Assembly: GCA_001724265.1 (NCBI GenBank)
Contig: MEDY01000289.1
Coordinates: forward strand, 1-39,717
Reading direction: 5' to 3'
Source of the DNA: Rhizaria sp. SCN 62-66
Taxonomy: Eukaryota
DNA length: 39,717 nucleotides
A program made the position numbers and the translations under genes. Of this stretch, positions 24,501-37,862 are shown piece after piece (position 1 is the stretch's first letter; every line of letters starts with the position of its first letter). Under the pieces are notes generated by a model. That model was not told where the DNA came from. It saw only the letters and a program-made list of their open reading frames with translations, and did not search any database.

Positions 24501-27500
24501 CACTTTGCGACACCGCTCTTTGGCAGCAGCAACAACAAGACTGTTGCCATGACTGATGGCGGCGGCAGCGTTGACGACGCCGAGCTTAGCAGTGGTACCA
24601 CCAAGCCTCTGATGTCGCTGCAGCGCCCGCTGCTGCACGTCGGCTTCACCGTCGTCGGTGGCAGCAAAAGCTACGACCGCAAGGACGTCAAGGACGCGGT
24701 TGCCTACGTGCGCCTAGCCGTCAACGGCGCTGACGCGCTCGCGCTGGAGCGCGCCGTCAACACTCCCCCGCGCGGCGTCGGACCCGCAAAGGTCGCCGCG
24801 CTGATGCACTTCCTGGAGCACGCTGACATTTTTCGGTACCGCGAGCGTGAGCACGAGCGCGAGCGCGCGCGCAGGCGGGCGCAGCGGCGTCGGCTACGTC
24901 CCGGCCAGGCATCTCAGACTGGAGCGAATCGCCCTTTTATCGCAGCCACATCGACCGCTAACATGAACGACGATGACGACGACGGCGGCGGCGACAATAG
25001 CGACGATGACGACTGCAGCTCTGACAGCAGCGACTCCGGAGATGGCAGCACCATAGACCACCCGCGCCGCCCCCGCGGCGGCAAGCGCGGTGGGCCGGAC
25101 TTTACTGACGTCTCGTTTAACCCCGCGCTGTATCGCGGCGAGGGCGCGCTGCCGCCCGGAGTCATCCCCAAGGCAGACCGCAAGGGCGCTGCGACCAACA
25201 CCACCGCGGCGCGCGCTGCCGCCTCCGCGCGGGCCGCGGACGAGCCCAACGCTGCCGCCGCCGCCGCCACAAAGGCTGAGGTCGACGCTGCTGCGAGGGC
25301 GAGGGCGGCTGCTGAGGGCAACGCGACCGGCGAGGGCGTGATTGTGAGCAAGGCTAGGCGGGAAATCAAGGGCCCGTCGAGGCGGCTTAACTTGTTCGAG
25401 CGGCTGCTGTGGGTATTGGACCAGGTCTTCGCGCCCGACGTCGACGCGGTGCTGCGGCAGCAGCAGGAGCAGGCGCACGCGCTCGCACAGGCGCAGCTGC
25501 AGATTCAGCAGCGGACGTTGCGGCAGCAGTCGCAGTTTTATAACCAATTCCAGCCCAGTTTCGACCCTTTCAGCGCTGCTGATGGTGCTGCTGCAAACTC
25601 CGGCAGCGGTGACGTTGTTTCAGATGCTTGGCACCGTCTATCCCCTGATGTCTTTGTCGGAACTGGCTCCGTGGCCGTCGCTTATACGAATAGTGGCACT
25701 GGTTTGAGCCCCATTAGCGTGCAGACGACTGCAGCAGGCATCAGCCCCACCGGTGCCTCACATGTACCGGCCAACGGTAACTCCGTGTTTGTGCGCGCCG
25801 GTGCGCTCTACGCCAACTTCAAGCGCAAGCCGCCTCAGTCAGCCACACCGACTGCATCGACCGCGTCACCGGTGCCGAACACGTGGACTCCATCAGCAGC
25901 TGTGCTCGCGCCTGCACCCGCGCCCGCGTCTGCACCTGCGTCTGTGTCTACACCTGCGACGGAGGCTTCGCCAGCCCAGCCAGGCGCGCAGCCTCATGCC
26001 GTCACGCCGGCGTCAATGGCCGATTTGCTTGCTGCAGTGAAGGCTTCTACGGACGCTGTGACAGCGGGCGACAACAGTACACCTGTCGCAAACACGCCCA
26101 CCGACACTGGTGTCATTTTCGCCACGCGCCCTGGTGCGAGCAGCAATGTGTTGGACCGGCTGATGGCGAACGCTGCCCGCGGCGGCGCGCGCACACCGAT
26201 CTCCAAGCGCAACTCCCCTGCGAAGGTCGCGAAAGCCGCGAACGCTGCAGCCTCGCCCGTTCCCGCTGCGGCGACGGTGCCCAGATCAGCGCCCGCCACC
26301 AAAACGACCGCGCCTGTCGCCGCTGCCAAGGCGGCTGCTGCTGACGCCAAGACCGGCAAGGGTACGCATGCCGTTTCCGCTGCGAGTGCGAGCGGGAGGG
26401 CGCCCGCGAGCGCGAAGTCGCTGTTTGCGCAGTGGCGGCTGCCGCGCGCAGGAGATGGCGGCGGCGCGGAGACTCGCTGCGCTGCTTATAGCGGCGTATC
26501 AATCCACCGTGCGAGCGCGAGTCCACCTGTCCCCGCAGGTGTCGTCGCGCCGATGGTAAAAATCGAGTTGGTTGATGATGGCGACGCTGACGCCAGTCGC
26601 GGCGATGCGGCCCCGACCACCGGCAGCAATCGCACTGACCACGACGATCTCGACGATGACGACGACTATGGTGCGAGCAAGAAAGACAATGCAGCCACAA
26701 GTTTCGCTGTCTTGACAGCGAGCAAGAGCACGAGCAGCACCCCCGCCGCCGTCGAGGATACAAACGGCGTCGGCGTGACCATTGGTGGCGACGTCAGCAA
26801 TGGCTCGCGTCCCATGTCCTACATTATCGCCACCACGAAGCGCCCCACGTCGACGCCGCCGTCCGGTTCCCTTGCTGGCAGCTACCACAACGACATAACA
26901 AGCGCTGGTGCGTTTGTCCCGGCGTTCGGCGCCAACGCCAACAGGTTTCTTCTTCAGTCCGCGGTCGACGGCTCTACGCGCGCTCTGCAGCGGCCCACCG
27001 TTACCCCGCTCTCGGTCGCCACTGCCGCCGCCGCCAATGGGGCTGACTCGGGCGCGGTGGCCAACAGCAGTGTTACCGGCACGACGGGTGCTCCAGCGAA
27101 GGCCGAGCCTCTGCTGCCTGCCGCCCCTGCCGCCACCGCGTCGGCCGCCGCGCGCACTGCGTTCCTCAAGGCGCGGCTGGAAGCGCTCGGCCGCCTCCTG
27201 GGGCTGCCAGCGCTGAGCCTGGTGCAGTGGCAGGCGCTAAGGGACTTCGCGCGGGTTGTCGTCGGCGCGCGGCGCATGGTCTTCGGACTCGGGTCCGCGT
27301 TGTCAGATGCACTGGTGCGTCATGCCCCGAGCGCTAGCGTGGCAGCGAACGACGGAAATGACACCATCAGAGGTGTCTCTACGTCCAGCACCACATCCGC
27401 GGTGTGTTCTAGTGCGGACACCGCAGCACCGAGTGCCAGCGCAGTGTGTGGCGCCGTCTGCGGCGGGTGCAGCCGCCCCGTCGCCCCCAGCTCCGGCGTC

Positions 27501-30476
27501 GCCGCGGCCGAGGCGCAGGCGTTGCGCCGGTCCTGGGGCGTCAAGCGGGCCGCCCGCGCCCAGCGCAGTGTCGCGGGCAGCGGCGGCGCGGACGGCGGCG
27601 GCGACGACGACTCGCGGAGCGACGAAGACGGCGACGATGACAGCGAGCACGAAGATGGAGTCAAGGGCGAAGACGGCGCCGACAGCTTGTTTTGTTCCGC
27701 GGCATCGTTGGCCGCCGGCAGCAATGGCCGCAAGCGTGGCCCTAACAGCTCCGGTCTCCACTGCCAGTGTGGGTGCTTTTGCCACCTCTGTCAGCCACAG
27801 AGGCCGCAACAGCGAATCCCGCCCTTGCTGCAACCTGACACCGATTCGCGCGCTGACGACGGCTACACGCAGGCTGGCACGATGGCGAAGACCGACGCCG
27901 CCGCGCCGACCGTGGGCGCGTCGATCGAGGCTGTGCTCACGTACATCGTCCACGCCGCCGGGTTTGCGGCCCTGCTCGCCCCCGCTGCGGCCGCGGCCCG
28001 CGCCATCAGGACTGCCCTCGCCAAGCAAGAAGGCGACTCTGCTGCCGCAGCATCTCTTGCGGCAGCGGTTGCAGCCGCCAACGGAATTAACTATGACGAG
28101 GACGCTGGCGACATCGAGGACAACAATAGCGCCTCTGCGGCGACTAAACTGAAGACTGAGTCTACCGGTAGCAAAGCCGTGGCGGCTGCGAAAAGTGGTA
28201 AGGGCAAAAACAAGACTGCTGGGATGCCTAAGATCACGGATTTCCTTGCCGCTGCTCCCAGAAACAGTTCGAGCTTAGCGCTGACGGGCGCCGCAACAAC
28301 ATCGCACGCGGGCAGCGGCCCGCAGTCCCGCTCTACGTCGCCCGCCTTCGTCACCGCCCGCTCTGAGAGCATCGCTAGCAGCAGTGACGGCACGATCTCC
28401 AAAGCGCAGGGTGCTGCACCAGCTGTCGCGGCTTCTCCTGCTGCGGCAGATGCCGCTGCCGCCGACGCTCTTGCAGCCGCAGGTGCCGCGGTGCCTTCAG
28501 CGGCGACCGAGGCGTGGGAGTCGTTGCGCGAGCTGCTGCTGCTCGCAAAGCGTGTCGACGATACTACTGCAGCGAATACCAATATCGCTGACCTCAGTTC
28601 CTATCTCGAGCTCTTGGGTTACGATAACCAGAAAATGTCGACTACTGATGATGACGATCTTGACAGTGGCACAAGCCCTGCTACCGCGCACGCCAGCGCG
28701 CGCGTCCTGCCGACCGAGAGCGACAGCGACAGCGAGGGCGAGACCTCGCGGGAAGGCGGCGCGCATGTGCGTGTGACGGTAAAGCGCGGTATCGCGTTCG
28801 CGAGTGGCACTCTGTTTGCTGCGTCTGCTCTCCGCAACAACGTTCATCGTCGCCCGACAGTGCCGCGACTGCAGCACGCGCCATTCGCGCCCAGTGACTC
28901 CCACACGGATGCTCAGCATGCCGCGCCCAGTCTGGACAACACCCCGCGTCACCGCCTCGCCTCGGTCGAGCGCGCGTGGCGCCATGCGGAGCCCGTCACC
29001 GAGTTCCTCTCGGACTGCCTCCTCGACCCCGCGTTGGGGACCGACTTCGCGCCGCAGAGCGATGAAGTCAAGCTGCCGCCTGCGCCTGGGAGCCTGCCTA
29101 CTGTCAAAGAGATGCCCACTGTCAAAGAAGAGGAGACCAAGCTGCAGTCAGAGACGCTCACGCGAACAACGGCAGACTTGCTTTCCACAAGTGGTCTTGC
29201 TGATGTAAGTAAAGGAGCTGCAGATGCGTCCCGTTTACTTCGTTTGCCTAGTCACACGATTAACTTCAACACAATTACCATTCCATCTGATACCGGCGGC
29301 GACGACAGTACACGAGCTCACCGCGCTAGCGCAACTGCAAGCGCGAATGCGAGTGCGAGTGTACGTGCTGCGGCCCCACGCTACACGCCTCCGGACGCGA
29401 ACAACCGCGTGACTCTGTCGACGATCCACGCGGCCAAGGGGCTCGAGTGGCGCGTCGTCTTCCTTGCAGGCGCGCAGGAGGGCTCATTGCCGCACGTGCG
29501 CACGCTTGCCGCACAGCACACCGTCGCAACAGTCGCGTCGGCGACACCGCAACAGCAGCGAACCCAACAGCAACATTTGGCCGAGAGTGAGGAAGTTGCA
29601 GAGGAGCGCCGAATGGGCTACGTTGCTGCAACGCGCGCACGGGAGCGACTGTTCGTAACCTACTGCATCCGTCGCAATTTCGGATATCACAACAACAACA
29701 ACAACAATGACAACAGTGCCGAGGCGCTATTGAAGGATGACGGCGGCTTCGCTGGCGGGCCCCGCGGCGCTGCGGCCGCTGCAGGCGCCGGGTCCGGTAG
29801 CGCTGGCGGCGTCGCCGGCGCTAATGCGAGCGGGGCGGGCAGCGAGTTGAGCCAGGAAGACATGGGGGCTCTCTTCGAGAAGCGGCAGCGCGAGCGCGAT
29901 GCAATCACGCGCAAATACGCACTCGTGCAACATCAAGAGCAGCTGTCACTGCGGCAACGGACGGCTGCGAAGCGCAATAGCTGCACGATGTCTGTATACT
30001 ACGGCGAGGATGAGGAGCAGCAACAACAATACGCGTTGCGGCTGTGGGCCAACCCCGCTGCTCACAGTCATACGCATCACCATCAACAACCCCCGCAACA
30101 ACAGCGGAGTCGCGGGCGCTTGTTAGGGACACTACCCGAGTTTTTGCCGTACTCGCTATCGCGTCTGTCACGTTTTTTTGGGCACATTGAGCTCGCTCCG
30201 ATATACGTTGCACCATCTACATCTACTGCATCTGCGACTTTGCCTGCGACTTTGCAGCGTCAGAACCAGGCAACGTCGTCGAGTGCAAGTTTGAATGCCA
30301 CCGGGACGCTAGGTCAGAGCGAGCTAGTTGAGCATGTTAGGGGGGACTGGGGCGTGCAGGTGCGCACGGTCTCTTTGGCGCGCCCGATCTTTGAGTTGAT
30401 CAATGGGGAGGCGCTGCAGCGTGAGGAGCAGCAAAGGAGGGACCGGCAGGAATGGCGCGGAGATGACGACGACTAA
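18576..30476 (+). CDS. Giant UvrD/PcrA/Srs2-family SF1 DNA helicase (~3966 aa if read through) with in-frame TAG at 22551 and 24201
   Basis: Motifs in canonical order in one frame: LNASQ, AGPGSGKT (19671), LTFTNRAA, TFHGFA, then TAG, DFNSLL, VDEFQDSNAMQY (23229), VGDPHQNIYLWRFA, ENYRST, IAVLYRT, then TAG, YDRKDVKDAVAYVRL..NTPPRGVG, TIHAAKGLEW (29421), EERRMGYVAATRARERL (29601). Final stop TAA, then AT-rich spacer. Confidence 0.88.
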
Positions 30477-31478
30477 ACTACCATCCAGCGAATACAACAT
30501 AATACTTAGCAATGTTACAATCACGATCTTGTTTGCGTACTTAAGGGAGTCGACTTCAGTCAATAACGTCGACTGGTATCCCATTGTTTCTAAAGTATCA
30601 GTGACTTTAACGGTTCGCGATGTCGTGTTGTTCGTTAGAATAACGATGCTTGTTCCTTTTGTTTGTGCACTTTGAGCCTTGTGTGAGGTTCGCTTTCGTC
30701 AATGATACAGCTCGTATTTATTGTGACCAAGCGATCAAAATGCACCAGTTGATGTTAATCGGTTGGCTACGAAAATCTACACAATGTAACAAAGCTGGAT
30801 CGCAAATTCAGTGTCCGCAAACACGCAAGCTGACGGCACTACCTTCTGTGGACTGTCACAAACTTCCCGCCGTGAAAGCCAAATACACGAGCGAAAGCTC
30901 GCGGAGCCTGCCCCAGACTTGTCGCGCATATATGATCATACGATCTCTCTTGCGCGGCAGATCTTCAAGTTGTTCAATAGGGAGGGAGGAGTAGCTGCAG
31001 GAGTGGCGCGGATCGACCGAACAATCTGGCAATACAAATTAAAGTGGTTAAAATACGTAGATATATTAATTTTTTTGTTTATTTAAAGGATTACGCATGT
31101 CTTTATCGTTTCGGCCATGATATGCATGAATCTAACTAAAAAGTGACTTAAAATAACGGTTTTAGGTACATGGTCACCCGTACGTCAGTAAAAATTAAAA
31201 CCAGGCCGCCAAAAAGCCGGGCCCTCCAGGCCTCGTCGTCGCTGTTTTGAGAGCGAAGTTTAAACACGAAATAACGACACTTCCCTCCATTGAAGCGGAT
31301 GCTACATACAATCATTCCATACAATTAGTACAAAAGTGATATATTCATTTCATTATAGAATCAGTTGAGTTGATTACCAACCAGTATCAAGATCATAATA
31401 TAGTCTGTGCATCACTTGCGGTCTCCTTTACCACTCACAGAACCGTTCTTCTCGACTCTCTCTTTCCTTGCAGAACGC

Positions 31479-34400
31479 ATGCTTCGCAGTCGGTTTACCA
31501 CTGCCGCGTGCATCCTTGTTGTCGTCGCGTGCGCTTCGTTTGCGGCTGCTCAACAGAGCCCCGGCAACGATGGCTGGCGTCAATGCACTACGACCAACTT
31601 TTGCTATCGCACACGCGAGCGCGCGCCGGTCTCTTACTCCCTCTCGAACGTTGAGCACACAGATAACGGCGTGACCACATTCCGTCTCAATGCCCAGAAC
31701 GTGGACCCCGCGCTGTACCCGTCACACCTTGAGGCCGAACTTGGTCTGCTGACCTCGGGCGCCGTGCACTTCCGCGTCACCGAGTCCTCGGATATCACCG
31801 ACAAGAAGGGCAAGCGCTTCGAGGCCGCGCCCTACGTGCTCGTTCCCGACGCCCTTACGATTGAGCCCAACCCGACGCGCTTCTTAGACGAGACCTATTT
31901 CACCATCTCGCGCCCTAACGGGACGCACGGGATTAAGGTACTCTTCAAGCCCTTCAAAATGCAGTACATCATCAACAAGTTCGAGGTCATCGCCGAGTTC
32001 AACAGCGAGAGCTTCTTCAACGTCGAGCAGCGCCGCGCGCGCCATGCGAGCGACCCCGCCGAGGCGTGGAAGGAGACCTGGGACGGCTGGACCGACACCA
32101 AGCGCTTCGGCCCCTCTGCGCTCACCTTCGACGTGTCGTTCCCGGAGTCGCAGGCGCTGTTCGGGCTCCCGGAGCACACCAACAACATCGCGCTCAAGCG
32201 CACGCGCGGCAAGGACCGCGAGCACGACGAGCCCTACCGCCTGTACAATCTCGACGCGTACGGGCACCCGCTCGACTCGCCCGCCGCGACCTACGGCATC
32301 GTGCCCCTCGTCACCTCGCACTCGATCCGCGGCGGCAACGGCAACGGCAACATCCAGTCCGCCGCTGACGGCAAGCCTCTGCGCGAGACGCGTCTGCGCC
32401 GCATGTACAACGATGCCGTGTCTGCCAGCTCCGCCGCGAAGCTGTTCTCGGTCTCCGCGGGCGTTTTCTTCCTGAACCCGTCCGAGACCTTCGTCGACGT
32501 GGGCCGCTCCGAGCGCGACGGCACCCCCTACACGCGCTGGATGGCCGAGTCGGGCGTGCTGGAGCTCTTCTTTCTGGGCGGCAACACGCACGCCGACGTG
32601 GCGCGCCAGTACCACCTACTCACGGGGCTGCCGCGACAGCCGCCAGCGTTCGCGATGGGCTACCACCAGTCGCGTTGGAATTATGTCGACGACAAGGACC
32701 TCACCGACGTGGCCAACAAGTTCACAGAGTACAAGATCCCCATGGACGTCATGTGGCTCGACATTGACCACACGGACCAGATGAAGTATTTCACCTGGGA
32801 CAAGAAGGCCTTCCCGAATCCTGCCGTGATGCAGAACTACATCGGCATGGACGGCCGCCAGCTCGTCACTATCGTCGACCCCCACATCAAGACCACGCCC
32901 GGTACGGTGAAATAACGAACGCCACGGTATTTGTGAACAAAATCACATCACAACACATATATCTGAACCATCGTTTTTCTCACTCTTTTAACTTGTTGTT
33001 GTCTCTTTTGCTGTGATTTGCATTACTGTTTGTCGCTCTAGGCTACCACGTGTACGACGCGATGACCGCGGGCGACCTGTTCATCAAGGACGGCGCCAAC
33101 AATACCTTTGTCGGCGAGTGCTGGCCGGGCCGCTCGAGCTGGGTTGACTTCACGCTGCCCAAGGCGCGCGCGCAGTGGGGCGAGTTCTTTGCGCTCGACA
33201 GCTACAATGGCTCCACCGTCAACCTGCACATCTGGAACGATATGAATGAGCCCTCGGTCTTTTCGGGCCCCGAGAAGACGATGCCCAAGGACGCGCTGCA
33301 CAACAACGGCGCGATCGAGCACCGCGAGCTTCATAACCTCTACGGCTTCCTCTACAACTCGGCCTCGAGCGACGGCCTCTCCGCGCGCCAGCTCAAGTCG
33401 GTCCCCGCGCCGCCGATGATGGCGCCGCCCGCAGACGCGCCCAAGGGCTCCGTTACCGTGACCCCGGTCGCTGGCGCGGCCATCTCGGCGCAGCGCCCGT
33501 TCCTGCTTACGCGCTCCTTCTTCGCCGGCACGCAGCGCATCGGCGCCGTCTGGACCGGCGACAACCAGGTACATGCTCACCCTCGCAATCTCCCTTGCTA
33601 CATCACATCCGTTTATTGCGATGTCGTCCAATTTCTCTTCGAATCAACGATTTTATGTTCCGTAAATTTTAAATATACCTGTTAGTGCATATCTCATCGA
33701 GTCATACCTTGTTTTGTTTCTATTTTCTCTATTGTGAATGTGAACAACAGGCCACGTGGGGCTTCCTGCGCTACTCGCTGCCCATGCTGATGAACCTCGG
33801 CATTGGCGGCATCTCCTTCTCCGGCGCTGACGTCGGCGGCTTCGCGGGCAACCCCGACGTGGAGCTGCAGACGCGCTGGTACCAGGCCGCCGCGCTGACG
33901 CCCTTCTTCCGCGCGCACAGCAGCAACGACACCGCGCGCCGCGAGCCCTGGCTTTACGGCGAGCCGCACGTGAGCAACATCCGCGACGCCATCCGCGTGC
34001 GCTACACGCACATGCCCTACGTCGTTACGCAGTTCCGCCACGCCAACGCCACCGGCCAGGCCCCGCTCCGTCCGCTGCTTCAGGTACGCGCGCGCCCTTG
34101 CATTCGCAGTGCAACAATTGAACGTGTGATGTCTTGAGTGATTATATCACAAATGAAACGATCATATTTTCATTGCATTACAGCTCTGGTATCATTCAAT
34201 TTCTCAAAAGCACATCATTCTCACACGTCTTTATTGTTCTCTTCTGACCGTTTTATGATAGGCGTTCCCCCTCGACTCCAAGGTCATCTTCACGGACGAC
34301 GTGTACATGCTGGGCGACGCCGTGCTGGTGGCGCCCGTGCTCGAGGCCGGCAAGTCCACGGTCGACTTCTACATGCCGCTCGAGACGGACGGCAAGCGCT

Positions 34401-35005
34401 CCGTGTGGTACGACTCGCGCACGCTGGTCCGGGTCGCGCCCAAGGACCACTCCGACGAGTGGGCCGTGCTGGCGGCGCCGCTGTCGTCGATCCCCGTGCT
34501 GTACCGCGGCGGCCGCATCATCGTGACGCAGCAGCGCGCGCGCAAGGCCACGAGCGGCATGACGGCGGACCCCTACACGGCAGTCGCCTGCCTCCGCGAC
34601 AACGCCGCTTCCGGCGACGTCTACATCGACGACGGCGCCACGTTTAAGTTCCTTAACGGTACCTACGTCTACCGCAAGCTCGCCGTGCAGATGACGCTGC
34701 CCAGCGCCAGCGGCGTCCCGGGCCAGCTCGTCTTTACCTCCACGGCGGCCACCGTGCCGTCGATCGTCGACGCGCCCGCGCACAAGCCCGAGGCCGTGGC
34801 CAACAACGTGCTCGACTCTGTCCACGTGTTGGGCTTCCCGCGCGGCGTCGTCGCCGGCAAGGCCACCGTCACCACGGCTGCGGGCGTCACGCGCGCCGTG
34901 AGCATCACTGTTGTCGCCGAGACCAACGTGCTGCTGATCCAGAGCGCCGACATGCTCGTTAGCGACGAGCTCACCGTCACCATCGAGCTTACCAACTCCG
35001 ATTAA
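31479..35005 (+). CDS. GANAB: Glucosidase II alpha subunit-like GH31 enzyme; exons 31479-32901, 33042-33568, 33751-34083, 34262-35005 (~1008 aa)
   Basis: Signal peptide-like N-terminus; GLPEH, EPYRLYNLD, GYHQSRWNY, WLDIDHT..KYFTWD, catalytic WNDMNEPSVF, WTGDN, GADVGGF, PFFRAHS, RREPW and LVAPV. Three GT-AG introns restore the frame. Stop TAA. Confidence 0.92.
32902..33041 (+). other. Spliceosomal intron, 140 nt
   Basis: G|gtacgg...gctctag|GC; gives DPHIKTTPGYHVY. Confidence 0.9.
33569..33750 (+). other. Spliceosomal intron, 182 nt
   Basis: CAG|gtacat...aacaacag|GCC; gives WTGDNQATWGFL. Confidence 0.9.
34084..34261 (+). other. Spliceosomal intron, 178 nt
   Basis: CAG|gtacgc...ctgac...atgatag|GCG; gives RPLLQAFPLD. 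Confidence 0.9.
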
Positions 35006-35688
35006 GTCGGTCAGTCGAGCCTCGCTCACGTCGCAACAGCCTCTTTTTAATATGTTTTTGAGAGTATATTATTCTCTTTCTTTTTAAACCACTGAAAAAA
35101 ATGTTTCTATTTTTCAATGCTTTCTTTCATCATGCCATTTTTTTGTGAATGCATGATCGTTTCCATACAAATTTGACTGCTTCAAGTCAATCCCAACTCC
35201 GTCGAACTCGTTCAGTTTAATGCGATCAAATAAATACGATGAAATGTATTATTATTATGCTTATTATTATGGTTGTTGTTGCTTGTTGTTGCTTTGATTG
35301 TTGATTGTTGTACATATACAAGTACCTCAATGCATTCCTTATACAACCCAGAACGCATGAAGTATGACGACGAAGACGGACGGATTGTTGTTACTCATGT
35401 TGTTGTTGTTTTGTTTGTTCCGTATTCCAACGTCTTTCTCCACCCCCTTCCTGTCATGAGAGCAAACAATGACTGGGTGTACGTCTACACACATTGTTGC
35501 TGTTGTCGTTGTTACTCTCATAAGGCCCATTGCTTGTTTTCTTTCTCCCTCCACACCACGCTCGCGCCCATCCCACAAACACACTTAAATATATTAAAAC
35601 TGCTCACATATTGCACGTTCCTTTTAAAACCTAAAAACGAAATGTACACCAAATCGCGCCGTTATAGTTATACCATGCCGCGCCGCGC

Positions 35689-37862
35689 TTAGGTGCTGTC
35701 AACGGCGACGATGGGCTGGTACTCGGGGCGCCACATGAGATCGCTGATGTACTGCTCCCACGTGTCCTTGTAGGGCGGCAGCTCCTCGGTGCACTCGCCC
35801 TGCTCGCGCGCGACCTTGGCGACGGCGCAGGCGACCTTGTGCGAGACCTCGCGAATGTTGCTGATGGAGCAGAAGAGGCGGCCGGCGTCCATGTCCTCCT
35901 TGGGCAGCGCGTTGGCGAGCGCCTTCGAGGCCTCGTAAAACATCTCGTCCGTGACGCGCTTGGCGCGGGTGGCGACGCAAGCGAGCCCGACGCCCGGGTA
36001 GATGAAGATGTTGTTGCCCTGCGCGGGGACCATGACGGTCTTGCCGTCGCGCACCACGGGCGGGAACGGCGAGCCGAAAGCGGCGATGGCGCGGCCCTGG
36101 ATTACACAGAAAGAGAAAATAAACACACACAGATGTGAGTGGCATGAAACAAAAAGAGGTCAAAATAAACTATAGTTATTATTAAGAAAAATCACATATT
36201 TGTTCAATGGATTCCCATAACGCGGATGAATAAACGAGATATCGCATGTTCTAGAGGAGTGCATACCTGGGTCCAGTCGTAGACCTGCTCGGCCGTGCAC
36301 TCTGACTTGTCGGTGGGGTTGGACAGCGCGAAAATGACGGGGCGCTCGTTGAGCGGTGCCAGCGAGTCAGTCATGGCCTTGACGACGTTCTCGGTGAAGA
36401 TACCGCCGACGCCCGAGAGCCCGAGCAGGATGGTGGGCTTGACGCGGCGCACCACCTCCTCGAGCGGCATGCCCTCGGCTAGGTCGAAGTCGCACCCGGC
36501 ATCACGGTCGTGCTCGCCCTCGGGCGAGGCCAGGAACGCGCGGTCTTCGCCGATGTCGCGCGCGTAGTTCTCCTGGTTGCTCATAAGGTCGGAGCGCTCC
36601 TTGGTGAGCAGCCCGTCCTTGTCGGTGACCCAGAAGCGCGAGTAGGAGCGCTCGTTGGGCAGCCCCTCCTGCTTCATCGCGCGGCGCACCGAAGAGCACA
36701 CGCCAAGCCCCGCGGAGCCGGCGCCGACGCAGAGGATGCGCTCGTTGACGATGTCGGAGCTCTGCTTGCCCTTGACGCGGAGCGCAGCGAGCACGCCCGC
36801 GACGACCATGGAGCCCGTGCCTTGGATGTCGTCGTTAAAGCACGTGTTGAAGCGGCGGTAGCGGCTCAGAACCATCTCGGCGTAGGGCGTGCGGATGTCC
36901 TCAAACTGCACCAGCGCCTGCGGCCAGCGGTACGTGATGGCGTCCATGAGCTCGTCGAAGACGGCGAGGTACTCGGCGCCAGTCAGACGGGGCTTCTTCT
37001 GGCCCAGGTAGAGCGGGTCCGAGTGCAGCGACGGGTTGTCCGTGCCCATGTCGATGAACATCGGCAGCGTGCGCGACGGGTGAATGCCCGCCGCGGCGAC
37101 GTAGGTGATGAGCTTGCCGATGGGGATGCCCATGCCGTAGGCGCCCAGGTCGCCGAGACCGAGGATGCGGGAGCCGTCGGTGATGACGATGACGTCGACG
37201 TCCTTGGTGGGCCAGTTGTTGACGATCGAGTGCATGTCGCCGCGGTCGGCGTGGCCGTCGATCCAGAGACCGCGCGAGCGGCGCCACAGCTCGCCCGTGT
37301 GCTGGCAGGCGTAGCCGACGACGGGGGTGTAGACGATGGGCGCCATCTCCTGCAGGTGCTCAGACAGGAGGCGGTGGAACAGCACTTCGTTGCGGTCCTG
37401 CAGGTTCGACAGGTAGATGTGCTTGTCGACAAGCTCCTGCGTCACCGTGGGAGTCAGGTGCTGGTTGCGGCCATGCGCGCCGGCGCGCTGGAAGCCGAGG
37501 TAGGCACGCTTGACCTGCTCCTCGATGCTCATGACGCGGGGCGGCAACAGGCCGCGGAGCCCGAAGCGGTCGCGCTCGCGAGGCGGGAACGCAATGCCCT
37601 TGTTCGTCAGCGGGTCGTAGAGGATCTCCTGCCCTGTCTGCTTCTTGGGCACCTCGAGGGGCTGGAGCGAGTCGGGGCCGTAGCGGGATACGCGCTGGGT
37701 GATGGCCAGGCCAGTAAGTCCGCGGGCGGCCGGGGAGCGCACGGGCAGCGCCGGGATACGCGTCGCAGTGGCCGTGGAACCAGCCTGTGTGCGGAGTAGA
37801 TGTGACAGGGTACTCGTCAGCTTAATCGCTGAGCGAGGAAGGGACGAACAGCGCGGAATCAT
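35689..37862 (-). CDS. Malic enzyme, probably mitochondrial NAD-dependent type; exons 37862-36267 and 36096-35689 (~667 aa)
   Basis: GLRGLLPP, PIVYTPVVG, TDGSRILGLGDLG, QFED, FNDDIQGT, GAGSAG, ALSNPT..ECT, GSPF and QGNNIFIYPG. Arg/Ser/Thr/Ala-rich, acid-free N-terminus from ATG 37862 resembles a mitochondrial presequence. Stop TAA. Confidence 0.93.
36097..36266 (-). other. Spliceosomal intron, 170 nt
   Basis: Minus strand CAG|gtatgc...gtaatccag|GGC; gives WTQGRAI. Confidence 0.92.

Noticed and set aside
18576-30476. Helicase as a pseudogene or three separate genes
   Set aside because: Motifs are intact, there is no frameshift or internal TAA/TGA and no intergenic-type DNA at the junctions. 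Disfavoured but not excluded without RNA data.
6334-36266. Introns as copies of an introner transposon
   Set aside because: Lengths are similar but I see no shared internal sequence or terminal inverted repeats.
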